Shown here piece after piece: positions 26,152 through 35,829 of a stretch of DNA of 41,366 nucleotides (within the stretch, counting starts at the first letter, position 1; every line of letters begins with the position of its first letter). Under the pieces are notes generated by a model that was given only the letters and a program-made list of their open reading frames with translations, did not search any database and was not told the DNA's origin. Made by a program: the position numbers and the translations under genes. Source of the DNA: Octopus bimaculoides (Eukaryota); NCBI RefSeq assembly GCF_001194135.2, contig NC_068987.1:43249068-43290433 (forward strand), in the 5' to 3' direction.

Positions 26152-29100
26152 CACGCATTTGTCAAGATTAATAACATCAGAAAAAGTTCCATGCAGAAAC
26201 TAGTTTTTAATATTTTTTAAACAGAAAATACATCTGTGATTTCAGACTTTCATGAGATTATCAAATAGTTATCAAGCTTCAAAGCCACAGTCATATTTTC
26301 TGTTTAATACATGTGTGCACACACACACACGTTCTTTATTTAAATATTTTTCTCTCCCTCTCTTGTATTTTCTAGATTTCATGTATCAGCAGTGCCTACT
26401 CTGATGGAGGTATATTTGGTTTTGCTGCAACTGCAGACAAGGCAGATATAGGAAAGGTCAGTTTATATTTGAAGTCAACAGTTCAGCTGAATTGTAAGAT
26501 TATCTTGTTAGTTGGCTTTGTATTTCCCTTCTCTCCTTTCCTCAATGAAGATTGGGTACTAAGAGACTTTGATATTAAGTTTCAGAGCTCTCAAAATTGG
26601 TTTTGTTGTTCAAATTCTTCACTTCCTGTCATTTTATGTTTTTGTACATATTTGATATTCAGCTATATAAATAGGTCAGAGTCTAACCCATGGCAGCATG
26701 GAACATGGACATTAAATGATGATGATGATATATATATATATTTTTTTGATATTTTATTTGGGCATTGCAATACTAATAACCTGTTGTAGAGCTGAATATA
26801 CATATGCTTCTGTATGAAGTGTTAGTCAAATACAGAGTGGTAGTAAGAAATTGAGATGGCAAAGGAATAAATAATTATCTTATGATCTATAAGGTGATAT
26901 TCAGGCACTTAACTATGAGTCCATTGTATCTTATAGTCGAAACAGCTGTAGACAAATGAAGTTCATAAGATAATTGTTTATTCCTTTGTCACACACAGAT
27001 GTGTGTGTACACACACACACACACACACTTCCACTATTTCCACCAATCTTTCTGTGCCTTCTGCCATACTTCATTTTTAACACCTATCTTTCTCAATACC
27101 TTTTCATATCTACCATCACACCCCACTTACTATAACTCCCTTATGTACCTCTACTACCCACTACTCTTATACCTTGCACATCATTCTGCTACTTTCTGAT
27201 CTTTTCTCTTTCCTGAGCAACTCCTATATCTCTCTCCTTACCCCTACCCTAACTGGACCTCCACTCTTGTTCATTATCGCTACATTCACCCCTACCACCA
27301 ACACTAACCATCTATTACTATCCCCTCACACTTTTATGAAACTTTCCCCACTCCACATCTGCTAATCCACTATCTACATCTTCTCTTATACCCACCATCT
27401 CTATCTTCTTTCTAAATACTCCCACCCACTCTTATATAATGCAGAGTATTCTTGTATCTCCTCTTGAGCAGAACACCTGGACTTGTCTTCCGTCATTCTT
27501 TATTGCCTAACGTTTCCAAGTAGTAATATTTCCCCATGGCTAGTACAACAATGACACTTGTTTACAACAATCATGCAATGTCAAGATCAAAAGATACAAC
27601 TTGCAAAACACTCACACACATATGTATATTCAACAGGCTTCTTTCAGTTTCCATTTACCAAATCCACTCACATGGCTTTGATTGGTCTGGGGCTATAATA
27701 AGCACCTGCCCAAGGTGCCACTCAGTAGAACTGAAGCAACAAGCAACCTTCTTACCACCCAGCTGTGCCTGTGCCTCATGGTTACATGATGGTTCAGTGA
27801 GTGAAAGCAGCTGATTTTTATATCTTCTTAATTTTTTTTTTTGTTTTATTATGTTTATCTGATCTCAGTTAATTTTTGCTGTATTTCTTAATACTAGATA
27901 TATAAATAATGTAAGGTGAATGTTTTATGTTTAATGGATTAACGATAATATTATACTAGTGTATTTTAATGTGATATGAGATAGCAGGATGGTAGATGAC
28001 ACACTTGGTAGAAAATCAGCCAAAAAGATTTATGGCATTTAGTTAGATCTTGAGTTTTAATTCCAACTGGTTTTGAGTTCCCTTTCAGCCAGTCAGGGTC
28101 AATAAAAAGTACTAGTTAATTACTAGGAGTTAAATCAGTCAATAATACCTTTACTTCTGTATGCTGATGTAGTTTAAGATTCAAATGTACAGTTTGTGTG
28201 TTTGACATCAAGCCAAGAGGGAACATGTTTCTATGTGTATCTAAATATTCTCCATCAAACTGATTGGTAACATGCTTGTGTGTATAAAATATTGAGCTAA
28301 ACCAAAATAACAGGAAATGTGTTTGTATAACATATTGTTCTACATTAAACTGACAGGAAACATGCAGTGTTTGTGTAATGTATTGTTCTACATGAAAGCA
28401 ACAGGGAATGTGTCTGTATAATATATTGTCCTGCATCAAACTGACAATGAACATAGTGATTGTGTAACTACATTAAACCAACAAAGAGTGTGTTGTTTAT
28501 AATATATCATTTTAAATCAAAGTGACAGGAAACATTTTAATTTCTTTTTGTTTCTGCAGACTACTTTCATGTTTCTTTCCTTCGTTTCTAAGGTTCTGAA
28601 AGCTGCCTTTGGGGAGTTTGCTAGTATCACCAAATCTGGATTTAGTGAAGAGGAGATCTCCCGGGCTAAGTAAAGTCATTTTTTTTTTACCTTTTTATAT
28701 TATGGCTGGTTTGTTTAATTAACTTTACCCTGATCTGGCATTGCAGCTGTTTGCTCTGTCATACAATATTTGGTTGTGTAAGTGAGGTAGTCAAGGTATT
28801 TGGAATCTTCCTTGATGTCCCATCGTTTTGATATGGTTGTGTTAAGGATGCAATCCTGGGATGTAGCTTCAAAAGAAAATCTGTTGTATTCTGGCTGCTA
28901 CATTGAGCAGGTCAAGTAAGAAGTGTCATGCAATGGTTGAGTATTTAGTTGGTAAAAAGCTGTGAAAGTTGATCTGTTGCAGAGAATAGCGAGGTAGTGT
29001 GAAAGAAAGTAGAATGTTAGTTTTGCCTGCAAGAGAACTTTATAACATTGGTTGAATGTATACTTTCTATACAGGAACCAGCTGAAGGCAGCTGTGTTGA

Positions 29101-29914
29101 TGAATGCTGAAGACAGCAACCTTGTTCTGAAAGAGATGGCTGAGCAGTTATTGATTGCTGGAGGACTGGCTGACATCACAGACATCTTGGCACAAATTGA
29201 TGCTGTCACCATTAGTGATGTCAACACGGTCAGTAGTTCTCTTTTTCTTTATTTTTGTCTCTCAGAAGCAAGAACTGTTTATTGAATTTGATCCTTATAC
29301 TTTTCTAACCGCAAAAACTAGCCCTAACTACCATTTTATGTTGGTTACTTACAATCCTGGTGGCAAAAACACTAAACAATTCTTTTATGTTTCTTCAAAA
29401 GTTTTCTATAGATAATACTTTATGCTCTTAAATAACTCAATGCCTTATATTGCAATAACAACGCTAATCTAAACAAGCAAGCATTGTAGTTACAGTATTA
29501 TGCAAGAGAGGACTTCATTGAGTCACTAAGAAAAAAGGGGCTAAAACTACTAAAGGGTACCCTATAAGATAACACTATATTCTGGCATTTGTAATTGAAT
29601 TGAGAGGGAAGGAACTTACCAAATAATCCTCCCTGTAAAGATAAATGTATTAAGTGATGTTAAAATGATTTTTTGATTGGATAATATAGCAATGATAAGG
29701 CCTTAAAGTGAGTCAGTTACTAAGTTTTGATTTTTCACTCTGGTTGCTATTACCTTTGGGAAGTTCATGAAAATTAAAACTACTTTGCTCCTCATTCATG
29801 TTCATATTTTATTTCTATTTCCAGGTTTCAAAGAAGATCATTAATGGCAAACCTTCAATGGCTGCTGTTGGCAACCTCTCACAAACTCCTTACTTGGATG
29901 AACTCTACAAATAA
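597..29914 (+). CDS. UQCRC2: Cytochrome b-c1 complex subunit 2 / core protein 2 (spliced, 12 coding exons in window, 5'-partial)
   Basis: Joined exons give one open frame of 1251 nt: VSKLGNGITVASLETYSPISHVSIVVKAGSRYE...SDGGIFG...KNQLKAAVLM...GKPSMAAVGNLSQTPYLDELYK*. This is colinear with animal UQCRC2 as I recall it (KAGSRYE, SDSGLFG, SMAASGNLGHTPFVDEL). The HxxEH zinc motif is degenerate (HLLRN) and there is no MPP-alpha Gly-rich loop. Confidence 0.93.
1171..1235 (+). CDS. UQCRC2: UQCRC2 exon B (65 nt, phase 0-2)
   Basis: Long pyrimidine tract, tgacag|GGA...AC|gtaagt; GTKETTAFGLTRTVQQSGANYT. Confidence 0.9.
2323..2379 (+). CDS. UQCRC2: UQCRC2 exon C (57 nt, phase 2-2)
   Basis: tttcag|C TGT...CT|gtaagt; CSTSREFITYQIDCLRDEL. 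Confidence 0.9.
3155..3279 (+). CDS. UQCRC2: UQCRC2 exon D (125 nt, phase 2-1)
   Basis: ttttag|T GAT...C|gtaagt; DNVIGMVKNAVTMPAFKPWEIKETAASMTLDKAILKTQLPL. Confidence 0.9.
4385..4552 (+). mobile_element. Old copy of the same SINE family. Similar decayed copies lie near 6140-6240, 14455-14552, 18447-18575, 26686-26730, 31605-31775, 33085-33200 and 34455-34620.
   Basis: ggtattaggaagggcatccaattgtagaaa ... aacccataccagcttgga..cattaaatggtgacgatgat. Confidence 0.6.
5487..5584 (+). CDS. UQCRC2: UQCRC2 exon E (98 nt, phase 1-0)
   Basis: ttgcag|AG GTG...CTT|gtaagt; QVFELLHYAAFRNTLGNSIYASDSMIGKFSSEL. Confidence 0.9.
6958..7108 (+). CDS. UQCRC2: UQCRC2 exon F (151 nt, phase 0-1)
   Basis: taccag|TTG...G|gtaagc; LHQYVADHYTADRMAVVGIGVDHEHLQYLVGQFQCSPSSGISDAKAKYCG. 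Confidence 0.9.
7799..8030 (-). mobile_element. Young SINE copy with (GAT)n 3' tail inserted in the hAT BED-finger codons
   Basis: catcatcatcgtttaacgtccgctttccatgctagcatgggttggacg... is nearly identical to the copies at 1-198 and 41180-41366. Confidence 0.85.
8755..11388 (+). mobile_element. 5'-truncated CR1/L2-type LINE (endonuclease C-terminus plus RT), nested in the hAT
   Basis: PTRADNILDLCFTN and SDH (APE end); GPDGFP, QHGFRPGRSC, AKAFDKV, SGVPQGTVLGPLLF, YADD (RT); (ATGAAA)n-like tail at 11369-11388. It has two N-gaps, a motif-A D-to-N change (YLNSAKAFD) and no YRPI. Confidence 0.88.
12983..13046 (+). CDS. UQCRC2: UQCRC2 exon G (64 nt, phase 1-2)
   Basis: aaatag|GT GAA...TG|gtaagt; GEIRVEAKNDMVTAAVATEGP. 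Confidence 0.88.
14700..15400 (+). mobile_element. Penelope-like element fragment (RT thumb/linker, Cys-rich region, GIY-YIG start), frameshifted
   Basis: Manual translation across frameshifts: MQFSDQKGR...GTCPRYRDKDW; WYKADKYQGVMFVEATPH/ELANRFRKALKE...VEKPG; CTNENCVVC...CRTRNVDYSVKCIESAC..MAYIEET (NVxY...YIGET-like). Confidence 0.7.
15490..15800. repeat. Compound imperfect (TAGA)n/(CA)n microsatellite
   Basis: Directly visible low-complexity sequence. Confidence 0.8.
16046..17750 (-). mobile_element. Degenerate RTE-clade LINE (RT and C-terminus, (GAT)n tail)
   Basis: GNTDTLFLVRQ...LFLAYISLEK..VVWWPLSKL.DEWLVRTMY; C-terminal VVKDDLPILNLTKM.SDYDKWRH; catcatcatc tail at 16046. Confidence 0.8.
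17756..18270 (-). mobile_element. Long SINE copy of the same family, with an inverted duplication at one end and an N-gap
   Basis: Same catcatcatcgtttaacatccgc... start as the other copies. Confidence 0.8.
19003..19023 (+). CDS. UQCRC2: Candidate 21-nt cassette microexon of UQCRC2 (phase 2-2; inserts INGRTKR)
   Basis: ttctcttcctctcag|CATTAATGGAAGGACAAAACG|gtaagt; same phase as the flanking exons, no stop codon. No transcript evidence is available here. Confidence 0.55.
19812..19980 (+). mobile_element. Second SINE family with a tRNA-like head. Related copies lie near 5865-5950, 18590-18745 (-), 21432-21570 and 27655-27790 (-).
   Basis: Shared ggctgtgtggttaagaag..cttcccaa..ttgggttcag..cac..gcaccttggg.aagtg pattern, with A-box/B-box-like spacing. 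Confidence 0.55.
21632..22873 (-). mobile_element. Tc1/mariner (mariner-type) element, full-length but decayed
   Basis: TIR core TG[A/G]GTTGAGGAATAATTC at both ends (17/18) and TA at 22874-75. Motifs MDKTEHFRHHLLF, WVPHTL, IVTGDEKW, PP*SPDLVPSNF; 1.24 kb. Confidence 0.88.
22880..23450 (-). mobile_element. 3' fragment of a second RTE-clade LINE with (CAAG)n-like tail
   Basis: YIYLGPTITNNG; KLHICNALVLSIRLYRAQTW; RTLRTINNIRW...VSNKEL; tail aagcagcaagcaagc on the minus strand abuts the mariner TIR. Confidence 0.7.
23869..24007 (+). CDS. UQCRC2: UQCRC2 exon H (139 nt, phase 2-0)
   Basis: ttatag|T CTG...GGT|gtaagt; LPSKDLLPACIMQMIMGTGPFVKYSTNNKISRLGKAAGSATSAPFG. Confidence 0.9.
24819..26071 (+). 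mobile_element. Second, distinct mariner element, decayed
   Basis: TA|TGAGGGGGTA...TACCCCCTCA|TA termini; QRASVKFCLLLGK, ITGDGS, YLPDLAPHD; 1.25 kb; TIRs unrelated to the element at 21632. Confidence 0.88.
26072..26155. repeat. (TA)n microsatellite. Others lie near 198-215, 15958-16013, 20828-20866, 21580-21612, 40455-40498 and 41075-41180.
   Basis: Directly visible. Confidence 0.95.
26376..26456 (+). CDS. UQCRC2: UQCRC2 exon I (81 nt, phase 0-0)
   Basis: ttctag|ATT...AAG|gtcagt; ISCISSAYSDGGIFGFAATADKADIGK. Confidence 0.92.
28045..28150 (+). mobile_element. Third SINE-like family remnant. Related pieces lie near 2850-2900 and 7180-7280 (-).
   Basis: gagtt..aattcc...ccttt..c....ggg(g)tc(g/a)ataaaa.agtac.agt pattern recurs at these sites. 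Confidence 0.45.
28195..28535. repeat. Degenerate minisatellite, unit about 43 bp, about 8 copies
   Basis: Unit resembles acaggaaatgtgtttgtataacatattgttctacattaaactg. Confidence 0.7.
28593..28669 (+). CDS. UQCRC2: UQCRC2 exon J (77 nt, phase 0-2)
   Basis: ttctaag|GTT...AA|gtaaag; VLKAAFGEFASITKSGFSEEEISRAK. Confidence 0.88.
29075..29228 (+). CDS. UQCRC2: UQCRC2 exon K (154 nt, phase 2-0)
   Basis: atacag|G AAC...ACG|gtcagt; NQLKAAVLMNAEDSNLVLKEMAEQLLIAGGLADITDILAQIDAVTISDVNT. Confidence 0.92.
29825..29914 (+). CDS. UQCRC2: UQCRC2 terminal coding exon L (90 nt incl. TAA)
   Basis: ttccag|GTT...TAA; VSKKIINGKPSMAAVGNLSQTPYLDELYK*. Confidence 0.92.
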   Translation, partial: VSKKIINGKPSMAAVGNLSQTPYLDELYK

Positions 29915-30072
29915 CTATCGTCCATCTTAGTCCTGTAAAAATAAAAATCCCTGTTAGAAGTCACCACTAAAGATTACTGCAATTATGTTTGGCCATATTT
30001 CAAGAGATACCAGTTATTAGTTGCCACTATCTAATTTACTCTGGTTATTGACTCTGCAGTCTAAAACTGGAA

Positions 30073-30115
30073 AATAAAAACATTAAAATATTGTGTTGTC
30101 CTTTGTTGTTGAGCT
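30073..30115 (+). terminator. Probable polyadenylation signal (AATAAA 30073-30078) with downstream GU-rich element; a proximal AATAAA lies at 29940-29945
   Basis: aataaa followed about 15-35 nt later by ttgtgttgtcctttgttgttg, 160 nt after the stop codon. Confidence 0.6.
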
Positions 30116-33100
30116 GGAAGGTTTTTGTCTGACATCACTGTTAAAGCTTTACTGGATTAGAAAGTTGTTGGTTTGCTGGGAAAAAAATGGTAGATGAAGT
30201 TGCTTAGCTCCAGATCATGTCCTTCATTTTCAGTTAGTGTATCTGTTGATGGATCTCCGTTGTTTGATGAGGATTATCTGCTCCTGAATTAATGTGAATG
30301 GGTATTCTGTAGATACATGTACCCTTAATGTAATTCTCTTGCAGCATCAGCATGATAAGGCTGTATGTTTTGAATTCTATTTATAATCCACCTGACAGGC
30401 TTCTAGATCATCTCTATCCACCCTATTTCACTCACTATTTATGGGTCAACCTGGGGCTATAGAAAATATTTACCCAAAATACTATGGTTTCAAAACAAAT
30501 TTCTTAACCACTTGACCATACTGCACCTACAGTGTACTCTTTGATATTTAAGATAGCAAAGTTTTGAATGTTTCGTTTGGGGATTTGGTTTGCAAGATTC
30601 TCTATGTGAGTTCGTGTGTTGAAGCATATTCTGTTGTGTTTTGGGAGAGTCATTCTCTTTTAGTGCTTTATAATTTAACACACTCACCGGTAAAATTTCC
30701 ACTTATTTATTTTTATTTTCTTAATCCAAGTTAGAAATGGTACCCCTTATACACATTTGTGTAGACAAGTAACTAGATGGCATCAGGTTTTATCTGTTGA
30801 ATTTTAATGGTTTCAGAGAAAACAAATGAGAGGGTTTTGAAGAGATACAGTCCTGGTGTGGAAGAGTGGAAAGTGTTTAGGTAGGTTAGACAGTATGTTG
30901 GCAAATATTCGAGACTGGCATTACTCAACAATAAGAAAATATGGTTTGAGTGGGGAGGTGAATAATGTCAGCAAACAGTAATCATAGAATGATGATAACT
31001 GTTAGACTATTCATATTCTAAGTAAATATTGTCGGCAGTTGTCCTGAGCTGAAATATATGGCTTTATGCATAGGAAACCTAAATCTTGTGATGCAGTGTA
31101 GCCCTTGTCAAAACAGTTAATATCATACAAGATCAAACATTTCATTCATTCAAGGTTTAACATGTTCAGGGAAATTGTTGTTTATGCCCAGGTCAACCCT
31201 GATCATTTGTGATGTGGTTCAATGTTGTTATATATAGTAGATTTTCAGGTGGTACAAAAGAGAAATTCTAGATTTTCTTGTTTAAATTTGTTTCAACCAG
31301 CCAGAAGACAATTTAGTACAAATTCATCCTAATATATTATTGATACTTGTTTTATTTATAAATTTGTAATGATTTATAAAAGATTACAGTAATAAATGTA
31401 ATGGGAATTATTATAACAACATGATTCTTTTGTACTGAATCCAAACCCTGCTGATGTTGAAATATGTCTTTAGTTCCACACCAGAAATAATTCAATTAGT
31501 TCTGCCTCTCATCTACACATTTGTGGCCTTGTCCATTAACATTAAATATATGCAACATCAAAATCACCAATTTGGTCATTCTCAACTTAGAGACAGAAAA
31601 ATATGATGTAAAATTATATCATTTCTCCATGCTGGAACAGGTTGGGTGGTTTTAGAGGGTTTGATGAGCTGCATCAGGCCACAATGTCAGCTTTGGCATG
31701 ATTTCTACAGCTAAATGTTCTTCCTAACATCAACCATTTTACAGTGTGTACTGGATGCCTTTTTGTGAAACCAGCACTAGTGAGGTTATTTAGTAACTTA
31801 TAAAATGAAATAAGAAAAGATCCCTTTGATTAGGAGTGTATTTGTGAGAGGGAGAGGTGGCTTTATGCCAAGTGTAGAAGGCTAACATATAATAGAGGGA
31901 CAAGCATAGGTGTCTTGCTATAGAGGAGATACAAAGGTGGAAGGGAGATGGTGACAGGGTGCCAGAGCACACAAGATACAAGAAAGTGAGTATAAGGGAG
32001 AATATAGAGTGTGGGAGGAGAGTGACATAATTAAAGATAGAGCTAGAGGTGGATGTAGTAAGTGATGAAAAAGGGTAGAGGGTATGTATATATATAAGTG
32101 AAGAGGTATGAGAGTGAATATATTCAACCATAGAATTATGACCATTTTGCAAACTTCTTGAATATTAAATTTAGTGTGGAAGAAATTATGCATGTATGTT
32201 TGCATTAATATGTATGCTCAGCATTATACAATTGTATATTCACAAATTGATGCAAATAAAGACAGCTAGCTCATCAGATCACTGGAACATCATGGTTACA
32301 CCAACAATTCAAGTCTAAATTTACGCACAAAATTTCTTCTTTATATATGCAATGGGAAGGCTGAAACTGGGCAAAATTAGATTGATTTGGTCAGTAAAAG
32401 TAAAGATACATTAAGTTCAAGTGCTGGATAGAATTTAGGGAATTTCCCATTCTTAATATAAGCAAATAACAATAAGAAGTGGAAGTAAAAAAGTATGTAA
32501 AAATATAAGCAAATAATAAAAATGAATTTTTAGTCAATGTAATTATTTAGATGGGTAAGTGAGGAATGAAACAGCTGGAGATTTAGAGATTCCACAGAAC
32601 TGGATGAATGAGAGGTCAAGTAAAACCAAGAAATAGTATTCAACAATGATTAACTTCTATATGAGGTTAACAAGATCACAAAGCATTTGGACATTCAAGA
32701 ATTTTACTAGCACATCAACCACACCTCAATTTACTTTCCAGCACATTGAACTGGAATAAACAAAAACCATACATAAAAGCAGATCTACAGAAGCTCATAT
32801 AAGTATAAGAGTACACACTCACACACATATGACAGTATTTCAAATGTCAAGAATTGTGAACAGTTAATCCTTTAATATCTACTAGATGTTAGAGGATTAA
32901 CAGTTGAGCCTATAACATGTTTTAGATGTTACAGGGTTAAATATTCAAAAGGAACATTAATTGCATTGATCTCAAAACAATCTGTGAAAGTCATCTACAG
33001 AGACTCTCCCTCAAGACCAAACCAAAACATCTAGCCTCAGGGATAATTCAAGGATTTCATCATGCATGTGTCAGCCAGAATTCATCAAGGCAGGTTTTCT

Positions 33101-33339
33101 ACATTCAGATGCCCTTCCTGTCACCAACCAAGGTCATATTCTCCATGGCCAGACATATTTTTCACAAAGACTGGAAACAACACTACTTGTATAACTGATA
33201 CTTTTTTACAACCATCATGTGATGTCAAGACAAAGGAACAGACTTATACACATGACCAGTTTCCATCTACCAAATCCACTCACAAGGCTTTGGTGAGCCT
33301 GGGGCTATATAGTAGTAGTCACATTGCATCAAATGCTGC

Positions 33340-33870
33340 TCATGACCTCGGAATAACCATTGATAACAACTTAAGCTGGAATGTTCATATAAACAACAAA
33401 GTCAACATGGCCCACAGGGCATGCTCCTGGATTCTCAGGACTTTACAGTCTAGAAACACTTCTTCCATTATCCTTCTCTTCTCTGCCTTCGCCCATCCTC
33501 ACCTTGAATATTGTTGTGTGCTGTGTTCTCCCTACCTGAAACGGTATGAAAATTGAAGCACCCTAGAGCTCGATCACAAGGAAAATAGACAGGTTTTGAT
33601 TATTGGGATCATCTCAAGATGAAACTAAATCTTTATTTCCTCCAATATCACCATGAGTGCTGTATCATTTGTACAATGTGAAAAATATGCCCAAAGGATG
33701 TTGGTATCCACTTTAAAATTCACCTGTTCACCTCAACTGGGCTTGCTCTCTTTTAACATACTAAAACACATAAGAGAAGAAAAATATCCCCTAATATTTA
33801 AATGGTTCCTGAATAATTATCTCCAATGAATCCCAGATAAACCATCTATCCCAGGATATATTTCTGCAAA
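33340..33870 (+). mobile_element. CR1-type LINE 3' fragment
   Basis: DLGITIDNNLSWNVHINNKVNMAHRACSWILRT...HPHLEYCCVLCSPY; the 3' boundary is approximate. Confidence 0.75.
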
Positions 33871-35625
33871 CAATAAGTATCCACTCAAATGAGCTATGAC
33901 ACCCATAGAATGACTGAGATGAAACATCTTTAAATGTCTTTTCTAACTGATGCTACTAAGTTAGACATAGCTGGTCAAAACTTATCTATGGAAAAATATA
34001 TTACCAAGCTCTAGCCATATTGACATTAAAATATGTATTAATGCATGACTTGCACACACACACAGAAAATTCAATGTAAACAACTTTAAAACACATGCTA
34101 CACTACCCCTTCCCCTATCCTCACCTCATCTCAAATGGAATCCTAAAATGTCAGATAATCTCTGTTAATGTTTCCATATCTTGACATTAGTACAAAAACT
34201 GGAGAGCTATTTTAGCAAACAATTTTGTCAATTAAGGTTATCCAAGTAAATAAATAGTCTTTTTAAAAGGTCTTAACTATGTAACTAGAATATTCAAATA
34301 AAAACTGATGTAATTTAATGTTAGATTCTTGCAGTAAATTTACATTAATTAGTAACTTGAGTGACACAAGAATAAAATATTTCACAGATGTCTGAAGTTA
34401 AAAGTTAACAATTTATGCTAAGTGTCTGAGGAATTCTTTTTATGCATTGACTATATATCATCATTGTCATTTAATGTCCACTTCTCCATGTTTGCATATG
34501 AGTCAGAAAGAATTTGTTGAGGCAGATTTTCTACAGCTAGATGCCCTTCTTGTTGCCAACTCTCCCTATTTCCTAGCAAGATAGTATGGCCAGACAGGTT
34601 TTCCATGGAAGACAGCAGACGAACATCATTTGTATGACAGTAATGTATATTTACAACCAACACTGAATTTGAGACGATATAGTTGGGAAACAAGCTTCTT
34701 AACTACATTTTCCAAACTATGGAGGCGTTAAAACAATAATGATGCAGCTATGCATGTCTATATATATCTTAGTATATGTATGTTTGCATAGCGTATGTAT
34801 ATGAAATGAGAATGTGCTTGCATAGACTGTATGTATAATGGGTATGTATGTACTTATGAATAGGTATGAGATATGTAAAAGTGCTAGTGTCTTTCTTCAC
34901 TTGGCTTTTTACTGTTTTCTATCTCCTGTTTTCCACAAGTTGTGTATCTGACCACCGTATGCAATAAGCTCATTATTATTAATAATGATTACAGTTAATT
35001 AATTTTATCATTGACATTTAAGGGTAGACTTAATCTAAAACATCACTACATGGTACATTAGGGGACCTAAACAGGGTCAAAGTTGCTGCTGTTCCTCCAA
35101 TGATTTGACCATTAACATGGGTTCTTTATTATTTCTTCAATACTAAACACAAAGGTCACACTGTTTATGCTGAGTGCTCCAAGCCATGTAAGTATGAAAG
35201 TTGTCCGAGGCTCCAGATAAGTGCAACTGGGCCACAAAAACCATCATATGGGCTTTGATGGACTGGAAAGGCCATTTTAAGCAGATGTGTGTTGTTTTTC
35301 AACCCCATTTAATAAACTAAACTGGTGGAGGAGATGAGCTTAACTAATTTTCCTTAAATTATAACAGAAACAGTAATATGGTGTGAAAGGGTGATAACAG
35401 AATCTGAACTACTGAAATAATGGTCAGCAGTGTAAGGGTCAGTTAGTTAGGACTGGATGGTTTACTCTTACAAACCCTCTCTAAAACACGACAGGCAGAG
35501 TTTGTAAGGTAAATCATTTTATCTTCATTGATATATAGTATAACTGATAGTAAACTGGGAACATTCACTCTTGAATAAACTGGGAAGTGGAAGGTATGAG
35601 CAACAATGTCTCAAGGTGATGAAAT

Positions 35626-35829
35626 TGTGGTTTGAAGGCATGTAAATAAAATTGTTCTTACTTCCAATTGCAATCAGGTACTGCTGGCAGATTGATCAAT
35701 TTTTCACCCATGTTGTCACAACCACTCTATCTCCACGACTTGTGTCTGTTGCTGCTCGTATCCTCAGGAAAAACTTCTTCTCACTTGCTGACGTAATATC
35801 TTGTTGCTTCCAGTCTTCCTTCAACTATA
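35626..35829 (-). repeat. 3' LTR of the Gypsy element
   Basis: Direct repeat of 38704-38928. Confidence 0.85.

Noticed and set aside
28190-28540. Repeat array as a possible CRISPR
   Set aside because: Degenerate tandem units without unique spacers, in a eukaryotic intron, with no cas genes.
32261-32277. Minus-strand CTGATGAG-CT-AGCT-GTC resembling a hammerhead
   Set aside because: Stem II and GAAA are entirely missing; too little remains to separate it from chance.
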